From Camelus ferus (Eukaryota): a stretch of 64,000 nucleotides of DNA. How positions within the stretch are numbered: the first letter of the stretch is position 1; each line of letters starts with the position of its first letter. Of this stretch, positions 11,931 through 25,944 are shown in pieces. The stretch is taken from the NCBI RefSeq assembly GCF_009834535.1, contig NC_045696.1:51896001-51960000 (forward strand), written 5' to 3'. Made by a program: the position numbers and the translations under genes. The notes under the pieces are model-generated. The model saw nothing but the letters and a program-made list of their open reading frames with translations. It was not told the DNA's origin and ran no database searches.

Positions 11931-14467
11931 GTGATTATGGGAGAAACATCTCTGTAGGAAAAGTATACTAGAAAAGCCTCAGAAAATAATATATTCCAAT
12001 GATTTACAGGAAAATCTTAGGTTGCACTTAGGCTGCAGACACAAAATAATGAAGCAGAGAAAGTATCAGTTATTTTGGCATCAGCTGATTTAAGTTCCAT
12101 TTGATTAGGGAAAAAAAGCTTAACAAAAATTAAAATACTGATAACATCAGCAAAGTTTTCTGCTCATTTCCACTAGCCCTTTGGACTATTTTTCATTTCA
12201 GTCTTGGGCACAGAGAAGTCCATTTTAATTTCCATGGATACATGCTAAAGGAAAAGTCATGGGATAGCACATAATTCATCTTTCAGAAAATACTGAGAAG
12301 AATGGAGCCATTTAGTAATGGGAGAGAATATAGCTTGCTGTTGAAGGGCAAGGCAGGTTGGGTTTTGATTAGGTTATGCAAATTTAAATTAATAAGAAGG
12401 GCAACCAAGAACATACTGATTTCCATTTTCTTGGTTAAACAGTTTTAAATTTCTGGATTAGAAAGTCAGAAATGCCATCTTTCAGTTAATTGGAGAATGA
12501 GGACTTTAGAAAGAGTTGCAAATACAATCTCAAAAATTCCAGTTGAAGATTTAACTAAAAGTGTGTTTGGCAATGGTAGCCAAACACTTTTTATAATGTA
12601 AGGCTGCCATCTTATTAATTTATCTGGGACCGAGCATGGACATGTCAGTGAAAACATCCAAAAGTGTTGTTTTTGTTTTCTTAAACTTTATTCATTAGTA
12701 CAATCTAATCTAATTCAGCAACTTCCTTCAGTAAGCATCCTGGCAGTATGTCAGCATGACCACCCTGGGTGCTGTTTCATTTCCTGGATTTGTAAAGGTG
12801 GATGAGAATGTGCCTGGCCCCTTCATTTCATATGTGAAGACTCTGAAACTCAGAAGGTGATTTTCTCAGGGGTATACACTTTAAGACAGATCTAGGACTA
12901 GCACCTAAAGCTCACAGTTCATTTCTCCACAGCATAGAATAAGTCAAAGCTGCATAAATTGAATCTTATTTTAAATGCCATAAAGAAAGATTTCAAAAGA
13001 TTTTTTTTAACAAGACAAGGAATCCTTACATTCTGTAAAATGTTCACCTCAAAGTTATCTTATACTGAATATTCCACTCTTAATCTGAGTCTCCTCTTCC
13101 TCCTCTTCTTCCTCCTCTCATACTTTAGATCTTTGCAGTCTCTTTTGCTCTGTTTCTCACACATTTGTCTCCATACCTGACCTCTAATTATTCCCTTTCT
13201 CTCATTTTTCACCTGTTTCTCCAACTTTTAATTATTACTCTTCTTCATAAAAATCATTTTCTGTGAATGTGATTTGTGATCCTCAGAAGTCATAAAGGAA
13301 CAAAAAATTTGAATTCCGTGTCTTGTCATGATCAGGTCTTTGAAATAGACATAAAAAAAAACCAACCAAACAGACAGAAAACCTGCAACAAGATACTGAG
13401 AACCTGAGGGTAAACGCAGCTGCAGGCTTTGCCTGTGTAACAGTGGCCTAGCCCTCCTCACAGCAGGGCCGAGGGCAAAGGCCACAATCTCCAGACCCGA
13501 CCACTCATTTTCCACGACACCAGGTCACCTTTCTGTTTCCTTTTCTTTCTTTCCATTCCACAGACATAACTATTTTGAGACTGATTATGGCATAGCAGGA
13601 GGAGATCCAGAAAAATCGTAGTGGCTTTACGTGGTTTAATGATACTGGCCAAACTCTCAATTCCAAAAAAAGTCAGAGAGCTGCACACTAAATTTGCAGT
13701 TACACAGAAAGTGAAGTCTGAGAAGGTTAAAAGAGAACTTGGACCTGAGAAAAAGGTCTTAGTGTAACAGGGACATTGCTGCCAGAATTGTTTTGATTTT
13801 GTCATTGTTTCCCTTATAAAGCTTAACTCTTATGGTGTTTACAATTCAGCTAAAATGATCAGCTCCAGGCTGAAATGTAGCTCTAGATATCTTAGAGTGG
13901 GAGGTTTTTTCTTTTTTTTCCCTTCTTATTCCTTAAAAAGAAATACAGACAGCAACTATTCAGCCATTTCAACGACATTTAGATTCTGACCACACATCTG
14001 GCCCTAAAAAAAGAGCAGGTGCTAATCAGGGAACCTAATCTACAGGAAGCTAAACTGAGCAATGTCCACTTGCAATGAAGGACAGGAACTTGGTGTATGA
14101 AGGGGGAACAGAAGGATGTTCTGTTATTTTAAAAGGCTGAATGTATATCACTTGGATAGCTACTTCTTTCCACTGCATTGATGTAAATAGGATTTCAGCA
14201 ACACTTTGTTGACAGGTCTCCCACTCCGCTTTGCTAACTAGAAAACATTACAAGTACAGAAGGAAGAAATTCCTGATCATTTCCTTAGATCTTTTCTTCA
14301 TAAGCCCATTCTCAGGGTGGCTATTAGACAATTAACAATTTAAAAAATTCCTTGCCCCTACGTCTCTAGCATTGGCTCTGATGTCTAATTGTCTAGACTA
14401 TGATGTTGTTCCACAGTGGGGAGGAGGACATCATAGACATAAATAAAAATTAACAGGCCAGACGGAA

Positions 14468-14680
14468 GCTAGCATTTATTGAGCACATATTATGGGCTAC
14501 ATACTTCTTTAATAATATTCCGTTTAATACAAATCCCCTGTGAAGTTTGTAAGATTAGCCTAAGTTTCATAGATTAGCAACTGAGTGACAGAGCTGTTGG
14601 CTAACCTGCTTAAGGACACAGAGCTAATTAAAATGTTGTGCAGGGGAGGAGTAGGATCTGGTTGACTCCCAGGCCCACCT
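14468..14680 (-). mobile_element. MIR SINE
   Basis: agcatttattgagcac...catagattagcaactgag...taacctgcttaaggacacagagct (reverse MIR core). Confidence 0.65.
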
Positions 14681-16376
14681 GTACTGTAAGGTCAGGAGCA
14701 GAATATGAAGCCATCTAACCAAAAAACATTCTCTGTGCCAGTAATGAGAGCCACCACATGTTCCAAGCTGTGGTGGGAAAGACAAATGACTCCTAAAAGG
14801 AAACAGGTTCTTGCTTTGCTTAAGGGGATGGTAAATTCTTGTTTTCTAAATTCATATTTGGAAAATGGCCCTTGTCATAGGAAAGGAAGCACAGTCTCCC
14901 AGGGACCTTTAAATCAGACCAGATATTTGAGTGTTCTTAAAAATTCCCTTAAAGATGTATACTAGATAAAGGTAAAAAAATACAGTGCAGATAAATTCCA
15001 ATGATTAATACATTAACAATTCAATATGGCTGTGTATGTAGATATATGTGTGTATGTGTGTGTGTATACAGTTTTTTTCGTTCTTGCCAAAATTTATGGT
15101 AATTATTATAAAGTACTTGACAAAATCTAAACAGTAAATACGTTAAGCCAAGAGAAAAGAAACAAAGAACAAGAGGAATGTGTGTGTACGTGTGTGTGTG
15201 TAAAGATAAAGGCTTTGTTTCATTATGTTAATGTGGCAAATTATTATTTTTCGAAAGTTTACTTATCTACACTGAATCTTTTATATACAGACATATTATT
15301 TTATAATACTTTCATAAATAAACATGTGTTGAAGATAACATTAGAATCATCAAACAAATAACAGCAGTTTTGGAAAGTTTACAGTTTGAAGTACTATAGC
15401 GTTTACCAACTTTATACACACTGCTAGGAAGGATTCTTTGAAAATAATTTATAAAGTAGAGAGTACACTCCATTTTTCATACAATACAGTTTTTTGGGAT
15501 GAATCTTTCACTACTATATTAGCGTGTGTGTGAGAGAGAGAGAGAGATATTATTCTCAAGATTTCTGGGACACTTTCCTTAATATATTCTTTAAAATCAC
15601 AATTTGGTGAAGGACTTAAAGGCACAGCAGCCAAAGAGATCTGAAAGGAAGAACGAATAGTCCTTTGGCAGTGCTTATTTATTCCTCAACTTTTAATGAA
15701 TCCTTATTGCCCTGTCCTTGCTGCCTTTGTTCCCTCAAGTCTGAATTTGATTGGGAGCAGGAAGGAAGAAACACTAACTTCTAGCTTAGAAGAAGCACAA
15801 AAGAGGAGAGAACCAGACCACCTTCTGGGCCCCCTCTCCCCACTCCCATAAGGAAAAGCAATAGTAAGTGAATCAGCAGGAAAAGCAATGACAGTGACTG
15901 TGACAGTTTTGTGGTGTTGGGCAAAGCAGAATTTGTATCTGCTCAGTTTCAAGGGCTTCTTCACAATTCAGCTTCTTTGCATGTTATAACAATGCTGAAG
16001 AAGACACACGATCTGTTGAGGGAGACAGGTGAGACTTGGGGGAAAGAGGAGGCACTCCTTATTTTCATGTATTCAAACACATGATCAAGATATAACTTGC
16101 AACATTAAAAAAAATTACCCAGTTAAATCGAACCTGCTAAAAATAACTCACAATACCCTTTCCACTAAAACAAAACAAAATAAAGCAAAAACTCACAACC
16201 AGTTATTTTGACTGGTGAAAACAGTGACATGAAAGTAACAGATGGAAGCCCAGTTTTACTCACACAACATACTAAACACAATTGCAAGCGTCCCCACAAA
16301 AATAACTCAACAATGGTGACTTTGGCCTTGTGCTTCAAAATATCTCCTTTAAATGGGCTTCCTTAAAGACTTCGGC

Positions 16377-16391
16377 GGGGGGGGGGGGGGG
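16377..16391. repeat. G15 homopolymer
   Basis: Direct read. Confidence 0.9.
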
Positions 16392-17489
16392 CTTGTGAAA
16401 AACCACATAGAATAAAACCAACTCATCTGTCCATACCTAGAAACAGGAAAGAGCTGCCAATCACAGCCTGCAAAGAAGAGAGATCTTGTCACCTTTGTCA
16501 AGTCCTTTCTCAGGATTGGAACAGGTGTTCTTTTCTTATGTATTATTTTTTGTTGTCTGGCAGTATTTTTAGGAAAGGTGATATATCTGTATTTAAAAAA
16601 ACACACACTAGGTAGCATCTAAAAACTTTCATAAATCAAGTAATTAAAAGTAACAAATCTTCCTGCTAATTGCTCCTCAAAGTTGAAAGAAAGCTTATTT
16701 TCTTACCTTACACCATGCCTTCTGATCTGACAGTGTCATTCAATCAATAATTTCAATGTCAGTTACTGATTCCCACCTCTTTTATTACAAAGACTTCCAG
16801 CAATAATGAAATGGTGCTGATCTGCTTGCTTTCACTCTATATAACGTCTATATTTATATGCTTTGCTTCTATTTGGATCTATATTTATCTGCTTTATCTG
16901 CCTACAGTGCATCTGTTTCTCATACACACAGACATATATTTATATATATACACACATACTGTATATATATAGGTTATATATAAACACACATACCCACAAA
17001 AATGTATGAATGTATGCTAGAGTGCTTAGTTCAACAAGCATGCAGGTGCATAAATACTCTGACACATGACAAATATACAAAGAACATGAATGTACATGTA
17101 AACATAGCTGCACAGGGAGAAGCCTATCCCAACAATAGGCCTTTCTAGATACTTGGCTGTTGGCCTCTGAGACACACACACTACTGACTGACAGCCCTAG
17201 ACAACTCTGGGAAGACCAAAAATCTTCAGAAGGCAAAACTATATAACTAAATAAAGATCATTTATTCCAATTTATTCATTTTTAAAAACAAGGAAACTGA
17301 GATACTCAGAGGCTAAAAGCAACGATTTTTCGTGGCAGGGCTGGAAGTAGAACCCAAATCTTTGCTTCTAGACAAACACTCTTCCACTATGTTGAACTGA
17401 AATGATGGGAACATTTTTTCTCAAATCCTGTATTATCTTCTAAGTTCCACTCATTTCTATTTTTCCCTTTTCTTGATGCGTGAAATCTA

Positions 17490-17765
17490 AGCAATCAACA
17501 TTCACCGAGGGTCAGGCACTGTTTCAAATGTTTAAATATGCTATCTCATTTAATCTGTACGGTATGTCTATAACGTAGGGGTTGTTACTCATTTAATCTG
17601 TATGGTATGTCTATAAAGTAGGGATTGTAACAATAAAAATAAAATAAAATAAAATAAAAATAAAAAATCTGAAGCTTGTTGGATTAGATAACTCTCCCAA
17701 AACAACACAGCAAAAGAGCTGAGCTCCTGTGATTCTCCAAAGCCCATGTTTTTCCCATTAGATCA
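17490..17765 (-). mobile_element. MIR with internal 43-bp tandem duplication and (AAAAT)n tract
   Basis: caggcactgtttcaaatgttt...tctcatttaatct...taactctcccaaaacaacacagc. Confidence 0.6.
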
Positions 17766-18684
17766 TAATGCTTTCCTCTATACACACCTGAATGTCCTAT
17801 GAACCGCCCCACCACAACAGCCACCACCACCATCACAGCCTAACCATCATATAATCCCAGTAACTAGTCTGTTTCAGGATACATAACAGACCTAAAGCAG
17901 GGATCCTCTCAGCCTAAGAAAAAAGTCAAGAAGAGTGGCTCAGGTAGAAGTGACAGATCCCCTGTATGCAGCACATACCATCTACTAGAAAGCTGAAATA
18001 TGCAAAATTCAGACCGAAAAAAACACCCCACGGGTAGTCTTACGTGATTTAATGTCTTAATAACTTCCAGTCTATGAACATTTTATGTCCTTTTCGTCAA
18101 AGGATTAGAGCAAACGGATACAATTGAATCAGATGGGAAATAGAGGCACAAGGAAGCAACGGGAAGACAGAACCACAGCCCCTCTTCTTCTTCCTCTCCT
18201 GGGGCAAAACACTTCCAAAAATCAGTGCCCGTCAAAAAACACAAAGCTAGTACCAACAGCTAGTATTTAGCCCCCACTGAAGTGCTAGGAACAAACTCAG
18301 AAAAGAAACGACGTCCACATATGGTAAGGTAATTTTACACAAATTTCCTCAGCTAGTAACCAGTCATGAGCTATCCCCACATGCAGGAGTTTTACACTTT
18401 GTTCAGCTCACACAGAACCCGGCACAAGGAGATGCCATGTGGATCTGTGAAACTCCCTGGGGCATACTGCATCCATAAGCCAAGGAACAGAAATTACACT
18501 GATCCATACATGCAGCTCCTCATCTGTGACATACTGATAATTACTCTTTATTTGTGAATTACGTCCAAGTTATAAAAACAAGTTTCAGACGTTTGTCACA
18601 AACAGGGTACATTTTACTTAACTCTTTCAGAACACCAGCTAGCTCTGGTGTACAAGGACATGGGAGCTGTCCTACGATGGGGCC

Positions 18685-18920
18685 TGATGTTGTGGAAAGA
18701 TCATGGCCTTGAGAGAGAGACTGATTGAGTATGAATCCCAGGTCTTCCACTTATTAGTAATATAAATTATGGCACATCACTTAAACAGCTCTGAATCTCA
18801 GTCTCATCACTTGTGGAACAAAGAATAAAGCCACCTATTTTGCAGGAACACTGTGAGGATTAGAGATAGTCCCAGAGCAATGTCTTCTTCACAAACAGGG
18901 GCATTAAATGTTAATTATTA
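18685..18920 (+). mobile_element. MIR SINE
   Basis: tgaatcccaggtcttccacttattag...tctgaatctcagtctcatc...tgtgaggattagaga. Confidence 0.7.
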
Positions 18921-20939
18921 TATGTTTAAGAAGGCCTTTTGGCTATGACTTCCTATTGTATAAATGATACAAAATTCTTCTGAGGTACTTTTCACGCTCG
19001 TTTAATCAAAGATAAACTTCTGGGTGATCAGGTATGTTCCAAGGAATGACAGCAATAACAGCATTTCACGGTGTAACATTTTCACTGGAAGATCTTAAAG
19101 TACTTAATAACCTTTGACTTCCGTGATTGCTGCTACTCTAACAATTGGGCAAAATGAAGCTCAGAGATACATCCCCCAAGTGAATAATAATAAAAAGAAT
19201 CACCAGCAGGGGTGAACAGAATTTCTGTCTCTAACATCTAAACCCCATAGTGTCCAGCTGAGTAATAACTGCTGCAAGGTCACAGATATAAAGGGCCATA
19301 CTTTCCCCAAGGCTCTTTGAGATTATTCACCGAGGCCAAAACCATTAGGTAATGCTGTGTACATCTGCTGAGATAACAGGGCTGAGTCAGGGTTAGGTCA
19401 GGGTTTCAGGTTATAGGGGTGGGGTGAAGAGTGGCTTTCAGATCAAATGATGAGAGTACTTTAAGCAGAGAACAAACCATAGTTTTCAATGTAAGAGAAA
19501 AGGAAAGAGGAGAGAACCACAGCCAGATGAAGGGAGGTGGGAAGATACACTCTGCAGGGCTCAAACGGGTAACTGTGCCTTACAGAGGAAACCCTCGCAT
19601 GTTCATGCACACTGAGATGTGAACAAAAAAGCCCAGGGTGCAGCATAAATCCTGCCATCCCAATAACACACACAGATGTTCCACCATTGTTTTCTTTTAT
19701 GCACATTTTAATTAAGAGATCAGAATCAAGCATTAAAGTGTTATTAAATGGCTTGTTTACATTTTCACTATATGTCATTTATTATGCATTTTCTAAATGT
19801 GTGCACATCTATTCAGAAGGATTATTTGGAATTTTTATGTCACTGTTACAATTGTCCCTCCAACTCACGCCACTTATAGCTAACTAAGGAACAGTGGGAA
19901 AGCCTTTTTGGTCCAAGCAGTGGGTTAGGGACCCTCCTTTAATTCCCTGTCAAGCAACCCCCATCCCCCATCAAACCTCCTTGTGGAATGACAAAGTGCA
20001 CTCCAGCACTCCAATGCTGCAGGAGGTCCCCGGTCCATCGTGACTTCTCATTCCTCATGAAAGGCCCAGTTTCAAATACTGTCCCATTGTCCTTACAAGA
20101 AAATAGTCTTTATATCCATGCTACACCATTTCCCTAAGCAGTTTGGAAAACCTCAGGAACTCCAAGCTAACACATAGAGGAACCTGGCCTCCTGCCTCCA
20201 GTGGTGCAGACTCTCCTGGAGGGAACACAGTGGGAGAAGTGGGAACAAGTAGATTTTTTCTCTCCTCAACCTATCACCTAGTTCTAGTCTACCACTTTTG
20301 TCTATTTACCCCCACAGGGTAAATACTCCTACTTGAGTTTTCAGTATTATTCTAGAGTTGAAACAGATACCCACACTTTTCCTTCTCTCAGACTCCGTAG
20401 ATATTAAGGCTTATTCACACAGTCAACCTGCTAGTGTGGAGCACAGGTGTCCTGTAGTCTGCCTGTAGCATATGGTTCAAGTACTTTAACAACAGGGCAT
20501 TGTCTTACAAGCCCACGTCATATAATGCCTTTTGCACGGAACTGGATGGTTTCAGAGGGGCAGGACTCACATCTCCTGCATGCTGAATTCAGTGCCTAGT
20601 ACATGACGGGTGCTCCATCAGTCCAAATAAGAGAAGTGAGGGATTTTTATATCGTTCTTTTCCTGTTTGTTATCCAGGGGAAGCAGAATGCTTATACAGA
20701 GCAGGCATAAGAAAGGGACACATTCTAATTCCACTGTCAAATTACATTCTTTAAATTGTCTCATTTATAGCATAAATGATCTACAAAATATTTCCATTAC
20801 TATAAATGTAACTTTAAGGTAAGAGTTAAATTAGTCTTCTGTAACTGGTGGACCAGATGGGACTTAGAGAAGAGTAGTGGTACAGCTTTAAATCAAGTTT
20901 CTTTTGAAGGGAAACTTTAAGATGTTACCAGAGACAGAA

Positions 20940-21490
20940 TAGAATTGGCACAACTTTTGGGAGAGCTTCTTAGCCATATGCATTAAAAGCTTTAAAAGAT
21001 ATGAATGCTGTTTGACTCAGAAATTTCACATTAATGAATTTATCTAAAGGAAATAATCAAAGATCTACACAAAGATTTAGAAGTAAGGATGCCTATCATG
21101 GTTTACCTACACCTGTGAAAAACTGAAAACCTTGTTTGACAATTGAGAGTTGATTAAATAAATAATACATCTGTATGTTGGAATACTATGAAGCTATTAA
21201 AAATAATATTTTGAATACTACTTAATAACACAAAAAATGTTTTGGGACTATTAATAAATGACAGCATATTAATCCATAATATGTAAAGGCTGATTTATTG
21301 TATAAGTAATTATAGCTAAGTTAAATATTGTTTAAGAAGTGATACACATGTATACATATAATGGAAAGACTGGAAGATATAGATGAAAACACTAAAAGTG
21401 GTTATTTATGGGCAGAGGAATTTTAAGAAATTTTTGTTTGTTTTAAACTTTTCCACAATGTATTTTTCCATAAATAATTTTACAACAAAA
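20940..21490 (+). mobile_element. L1ME-like ORF2-end/3' UTR fragment
   Basis: aattggcacaacttttggg...tttgactcagaaatttcac...ggaatactatgaagctattaaaaat...aaaagtggttatttatggg. Confidence 0.7.
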
Positions 21491-22959
21491 TATTACTTAA
21501 CATATTAATCTACACTAACCTTCTTTTCCCAAAGTCCTAAAAAGTGATTTTCTATGGGCATTTTCATCCTAGCTAGTACACGTTGCTTTCTAAAATCTTT
21601 AGTGTTTGAGACTATGTAGTTATGATAGACACTCCCCTCTTAAATAAAAACCTTTACTAGCCCTATGATTTTAGTCTTAGGCTTCTCCGTAGAAAAATTC
21701 CAATGGCCTGCGAGCTACTAATATGGAAACTTAAAATTCAGATCCAGGGCTTCTGTTCCTATTTATCCTAAAGTCCTAAATTTTGCTTTCAACTCAGGTT
21801 CCATAATAGCAATTAATATCATTAAGTTACATTATTTAGACACACACATAACACTTATGCCCTTTAGGATTTCCATACTCTTTCATTTATTTCACCAATG
21901 CTATATTGTTCAATAGACGTTGATGCTATAAAGAATAAATAAAACATATAGAGTCAATCATTCAGAAAAAAATCATCATAGGTTTGGTTAAATAAGGAGA
22001 AGCTTAGTTCAATGCAGTCTAATTCCCTATGTGGCATCTGATGTAAGAATCCCTGTACTTCTACTGACAGCTCCTTGTGAGAGATGCCCCCTCTTCCACA
22101 ACTTTTACTCACCTGTACACCCACAGTCAGCCATAGGTGATTGTGCAAGAGACCACAAAGTAGGAAGAAAATGGAGGAGCCAAGACAGGCTACAGGGGGT
22201 TCCAAGTTATAGAACAGGACAAAAGATATATGGTCTCTTCACACTGAAAGAAAATTAGGCAGAAATGTGGAGAAAAGCCAAGCATGATATTTAGTCTACT
22301 ACAGTGAAGTTCCATGAACTCCTGCCACAAAGGCTCCTGGAGCAGCCCTGGATCTGGAATGATCTCCGCAGAACCTCTCCTTAGAATTTCTTAATTGTAC
22401 CGTGTGTACAATAACATCTGACATCCAAATTTAGAGGTTTCTTTAGAATCCAAAACACAGACTTCTTAATAACCCAAGTTTTTAATCTCATCAGGGCAAT
22501 TTCAAATAGATAAAGTGAAGCATCACAAGTTTGTACGTTGAGTCTATGGGATTATAAATTTAGGTGCCCAAGATATACAGCAGTGTAGCAACCACTTATA
22601 AAGGCAGAGAGTTACTCTTGAAACCAATTTGCAGGCAGGGAGTTACTCCTGAAACCAATCTGGGTTCCCACTGGATGATGGCAGCAAACTAAATTTGATC
22701 CCTCCAAATATCTTCCAGAAGTAATGTAGATCAACAAGGAGAGAAAATAAAACCACAACTTATGCCTATAGCATAAACTAAAGACAGAGAAAGCTACAAA
22801 CTTCAACTTTTGTGCAAGTAGAGAAATAAACATTTTGAAACAAAAAGAGCCAGCTTAGGAGCCCATGCTAGAATGAAGACTGGAGACAGCTCTCTCTCTG
22901 AGTCCAGCAGGACTATTAATTCTAGTTAAAAATCACAGTTTTAGGGAGGAGATGTGTCT

Positions 22960-23105
22960 GGAAGAAGCTCCCTGTGAAAAATACGAATGGCAGGACACTT
23001 CCAAGACCTGTGAAGTCAGAATTTCCAGGAAGTGATACCCAGGCATCCATATTTTTAAGCTCCAAAAGTGATTGTGAAATACTCTACAGATGAGGATCAA
23101 TGTGA
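22960..23105. mobile_element. MER5-like hAT-Charlie fragment
   Basis: gacctgtgaagtcagaatttccagg...ccaggcatccatatttttaagctcc...gtgatt. Confidence 0.5.
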
Positions 23106-23719
23106 CTGGGTAAGTTCAACCATTATAAATTCATCTCCCTTAACTTCACAAACACAAAAATTCTGCTCCTAATCTCCTAGTTCTCCATCCTTTCTTCTCT
23201 CTAAAAACAAAGTTAACCATGTCTTTCTACATCTGCTCCTGACATCTCCCTATGTGGAAAGCCATGCCTGCTCCTTACTGCCTATTAAAATCTTCCCCAG
23301 TTCCAAAACTGGGTTCAAGTTTTACCTCCCTTCTAACTCACACTAATTTCACTCACATTAATAAACTACAGAAAATGGGTTTTCCCCTCTGTCTTAGATC
23401 ATTATGGAGATAATAATTTCTGTTTGTCTTATATCCCAGTGAGATCATAAACCACATGTATCCTCAGGAAGTGTTCACATAGTTTTGTTGTACCTCTTTG
23501 CTGTACACATGCAGGACTTTCAAAAGACAGCAGAATGAAAGAAAGTAACATCTGTATATTCATCATCAAATAACAGGGTCTGCATATATACCTCCAGAAA
23601 GTGCTCAGTGTCCATTTCTTGCACTCCATACTTACATTCCAAAGGAAATACTTATGTATAAGTGAAAAAAAAAAAAACAAAAACAAAAAAACAAAAGGAA
23701 GTGGGGAAGAGTTTGCACC

Positions 23720-24790
23720 TCCAGCCCTAATTCCTCCTTTGAGTCCCTGAGTTATGTATTGAATTGCCTACTGAGTTTCACTTTGATAAGCATTTCAAAG
23801 TCAACATGTCCCCAAATTAACTCATAATGATCTCTGCTCCCAAACCTGCCCTTTCTTCCATATCCCCATAGCACACAAGTCCGTGGAGTTAATGACACTA
23901 CTATTCATCTAGTTGCTCAGGCCAAACACCTGAGACTCATCACACTTCATGGTTTTCTTTCTAATCTACACCACATAAAGCCCCTCAGCAACTGCCTTCA
24001 AATTACCACCAAACTATTCAGAACTGAATCACTTCTCATTCCTTCCACTGCCATGGCCCATCTCATACTCAGCTACCACAATAAGTCCTAACTGGTCTTC
24101 TAGCTCCATGCCTGCCCCCTTTAGTTTATTCCCACAGAGTAGCCAGAGATCTCTTTTATTTATGAATCAGATCACATAGCCTTTTAAAAAAACCCTCTTT
24201 TGACTTCCTGTCAGTTGTTACCATGTTCTTCCTGGAATAAAATTGTTCTTACTTAGGGAGAGGAGATAGCTCAAGTGGTAGAGCGCATGCTTGGCATGCA
24301 TGAGGTCCTGGGTTCAAGCCCCAGTACCTCCTCTAAAAATAAACAAATAAACCTAATTACCTCCTCCCTGCCAGAAAAAAAAATTAACAAAAAAGGTGAT
24401 CTTACTCTACAATATCTGTTCCGTCCACCCCCAACCCTTTTCCTCCTGACCATCCCATGCTGAGTTCCTTTTCATTATTTAAATCTTTGCTCAGATGTCT
24501 CCTGCTCAGTGAGATGTCTTCTACTTACCTTATTTCAAACAGCACTTTCTCCATTATTTACCCCTCTTTTCTACCCCCTTACATTGCATTATTTTTTCCC
24601 AGATCTTATCATTAAATAAACACTTATTGTTTATTTAATTATTGGCTTTCTCTCCTTTCACTCCAAAATAAGTTTTATAGGAGACTTTGTTTAATTTCTC
24701 ACTATATTTTCAGTTACTAGAACTATGCCTGAAACATTAAAGGTGGTTGGTAGACTGTAAGTGACTGAATGAATAAGTGGATGGATAAAG
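23720..24790 (+). mobile_element. L2 LINE 3' portion, interrupted by a Vic-1-type SINE
   Basis: tcaaagtcaacatgtccccaaattaactc...cccaaacctgc...tagttgctcaggccaaacacct; ends in tgaatgaataagtggatgg. Confidence 0.75.
24256..24394 (+). mobile_element. Camelid tRNA-derived SINE (Vic-1 type)
   Basis: ggagaggagatagctcaagtggtagagcgcatgcttggcatgcatgaggtcctgggttcaagccccagtacctcc with A and B boxes, aaataaacctaattacctcc tail, A-rich end, degenerate TSD (aaaa..tg.tcttact). Confidence 0.9.
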
Positions 24791-25944
24791 TGCTCCAGTA
24801 CTTATCAATCTCATCCCAGCCACATCAACTTTAAATGGAAGATCTTTATTCTGCATGATGTAGTGGCTGTTCCAGATTGTCCCAGAGGCCACTGTTCTTT
24901 CCGTCTGACTGCACAGGCCAAACTGGGCACCCGCTTACATGCTACAGCTCAGGTCTTAGAATACAGTTCTTGGGAGAAGTAAAGTCAAACTAGATAGTTA
25001 CCTAAAAATAATACCTCAGAGTTTACAAAGGGGAAGGTTTTCCCAGCCCAACTGATCCTGGTGATTTAGACTGGCATGAAAGGCTGATGTGTAGTCTTGT
25101 GCCTGAGGAGTTTCCAGTCTGGAGGGGAAGTGAGGCATCCTTTTATCTGTAAAAGTACCAAGTATAGCTCCTCTTTGTGTCCAAAAGAATTCAGAACATT
25201 GCTGAGTAGATAGAAGAGCTTCAGTAATGTTTATTAAACAAATGAACAAACTGATCCATGAAACACACAACATAATTTAAGTGCTTTTCCTCTATTTCTA
25301 AGCTTTGTGATAGTGTTAACTAATCTCAGTGAATAAAGCAATTGCCCCAGTTAGACAAAGGATATATAAAATTCATTACTGCAGTTTTTTTTTTTTTCCC
25401 TTCATAGATTAGATCGAAAAACTCATTGTGAAGAACTATGTCTTACCTATCTTGCATCCCCAGTTCTTAGCACAGTCTGGCTGTAAAAGGAGAAAAACTC
25501 CAAAGCAAAGGATAAAGAAGTTCAAAGTCCTGGCAGGAATCAGTGAGTATTAAAGAATGCCAGTCTGACATGATTATCAGATGTTAGGTGATGAAAATCA
25601 TGCCAACTAACATATGGATTCCTACCCTGTTTCTATGGAAGACTTGAGCTTTAAAATTATTTCCTGAACACAGAGGATCAGAGCTGATGCTGATTATTTA
25701 CTATGAGACTGCTACTTTTCAGAATATTGCTGATCAAAGTGCTAGACACTCAATGCATGAAAATCTACACCTCTTTACTCATCTGTCTCGTATAGTTAGG
25801 TAAAATGCTTTAGCAAATGGATGTTTAAAAAAAGGGGGTTTCTAATAGCAGTCTGTTTACTAAATGTGAAAGCCTTTTCAAATATAAGATGAAATATATA
25901 ATACAACCATTAAGTCAATATGCTTTGAGAGTATCCATCATGGT

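Noticed and set aside
17545..22663. Short direct repeats as a CRISPR-like array
   Set aside because: Two-copy tandem duplications without spacers, in mammalian DNA.
24256..24332. tRNA gene
   Set aside because: The tRNA-like head continues into a SINE tail with A-rich end and TSD; a second diverged copy exists.
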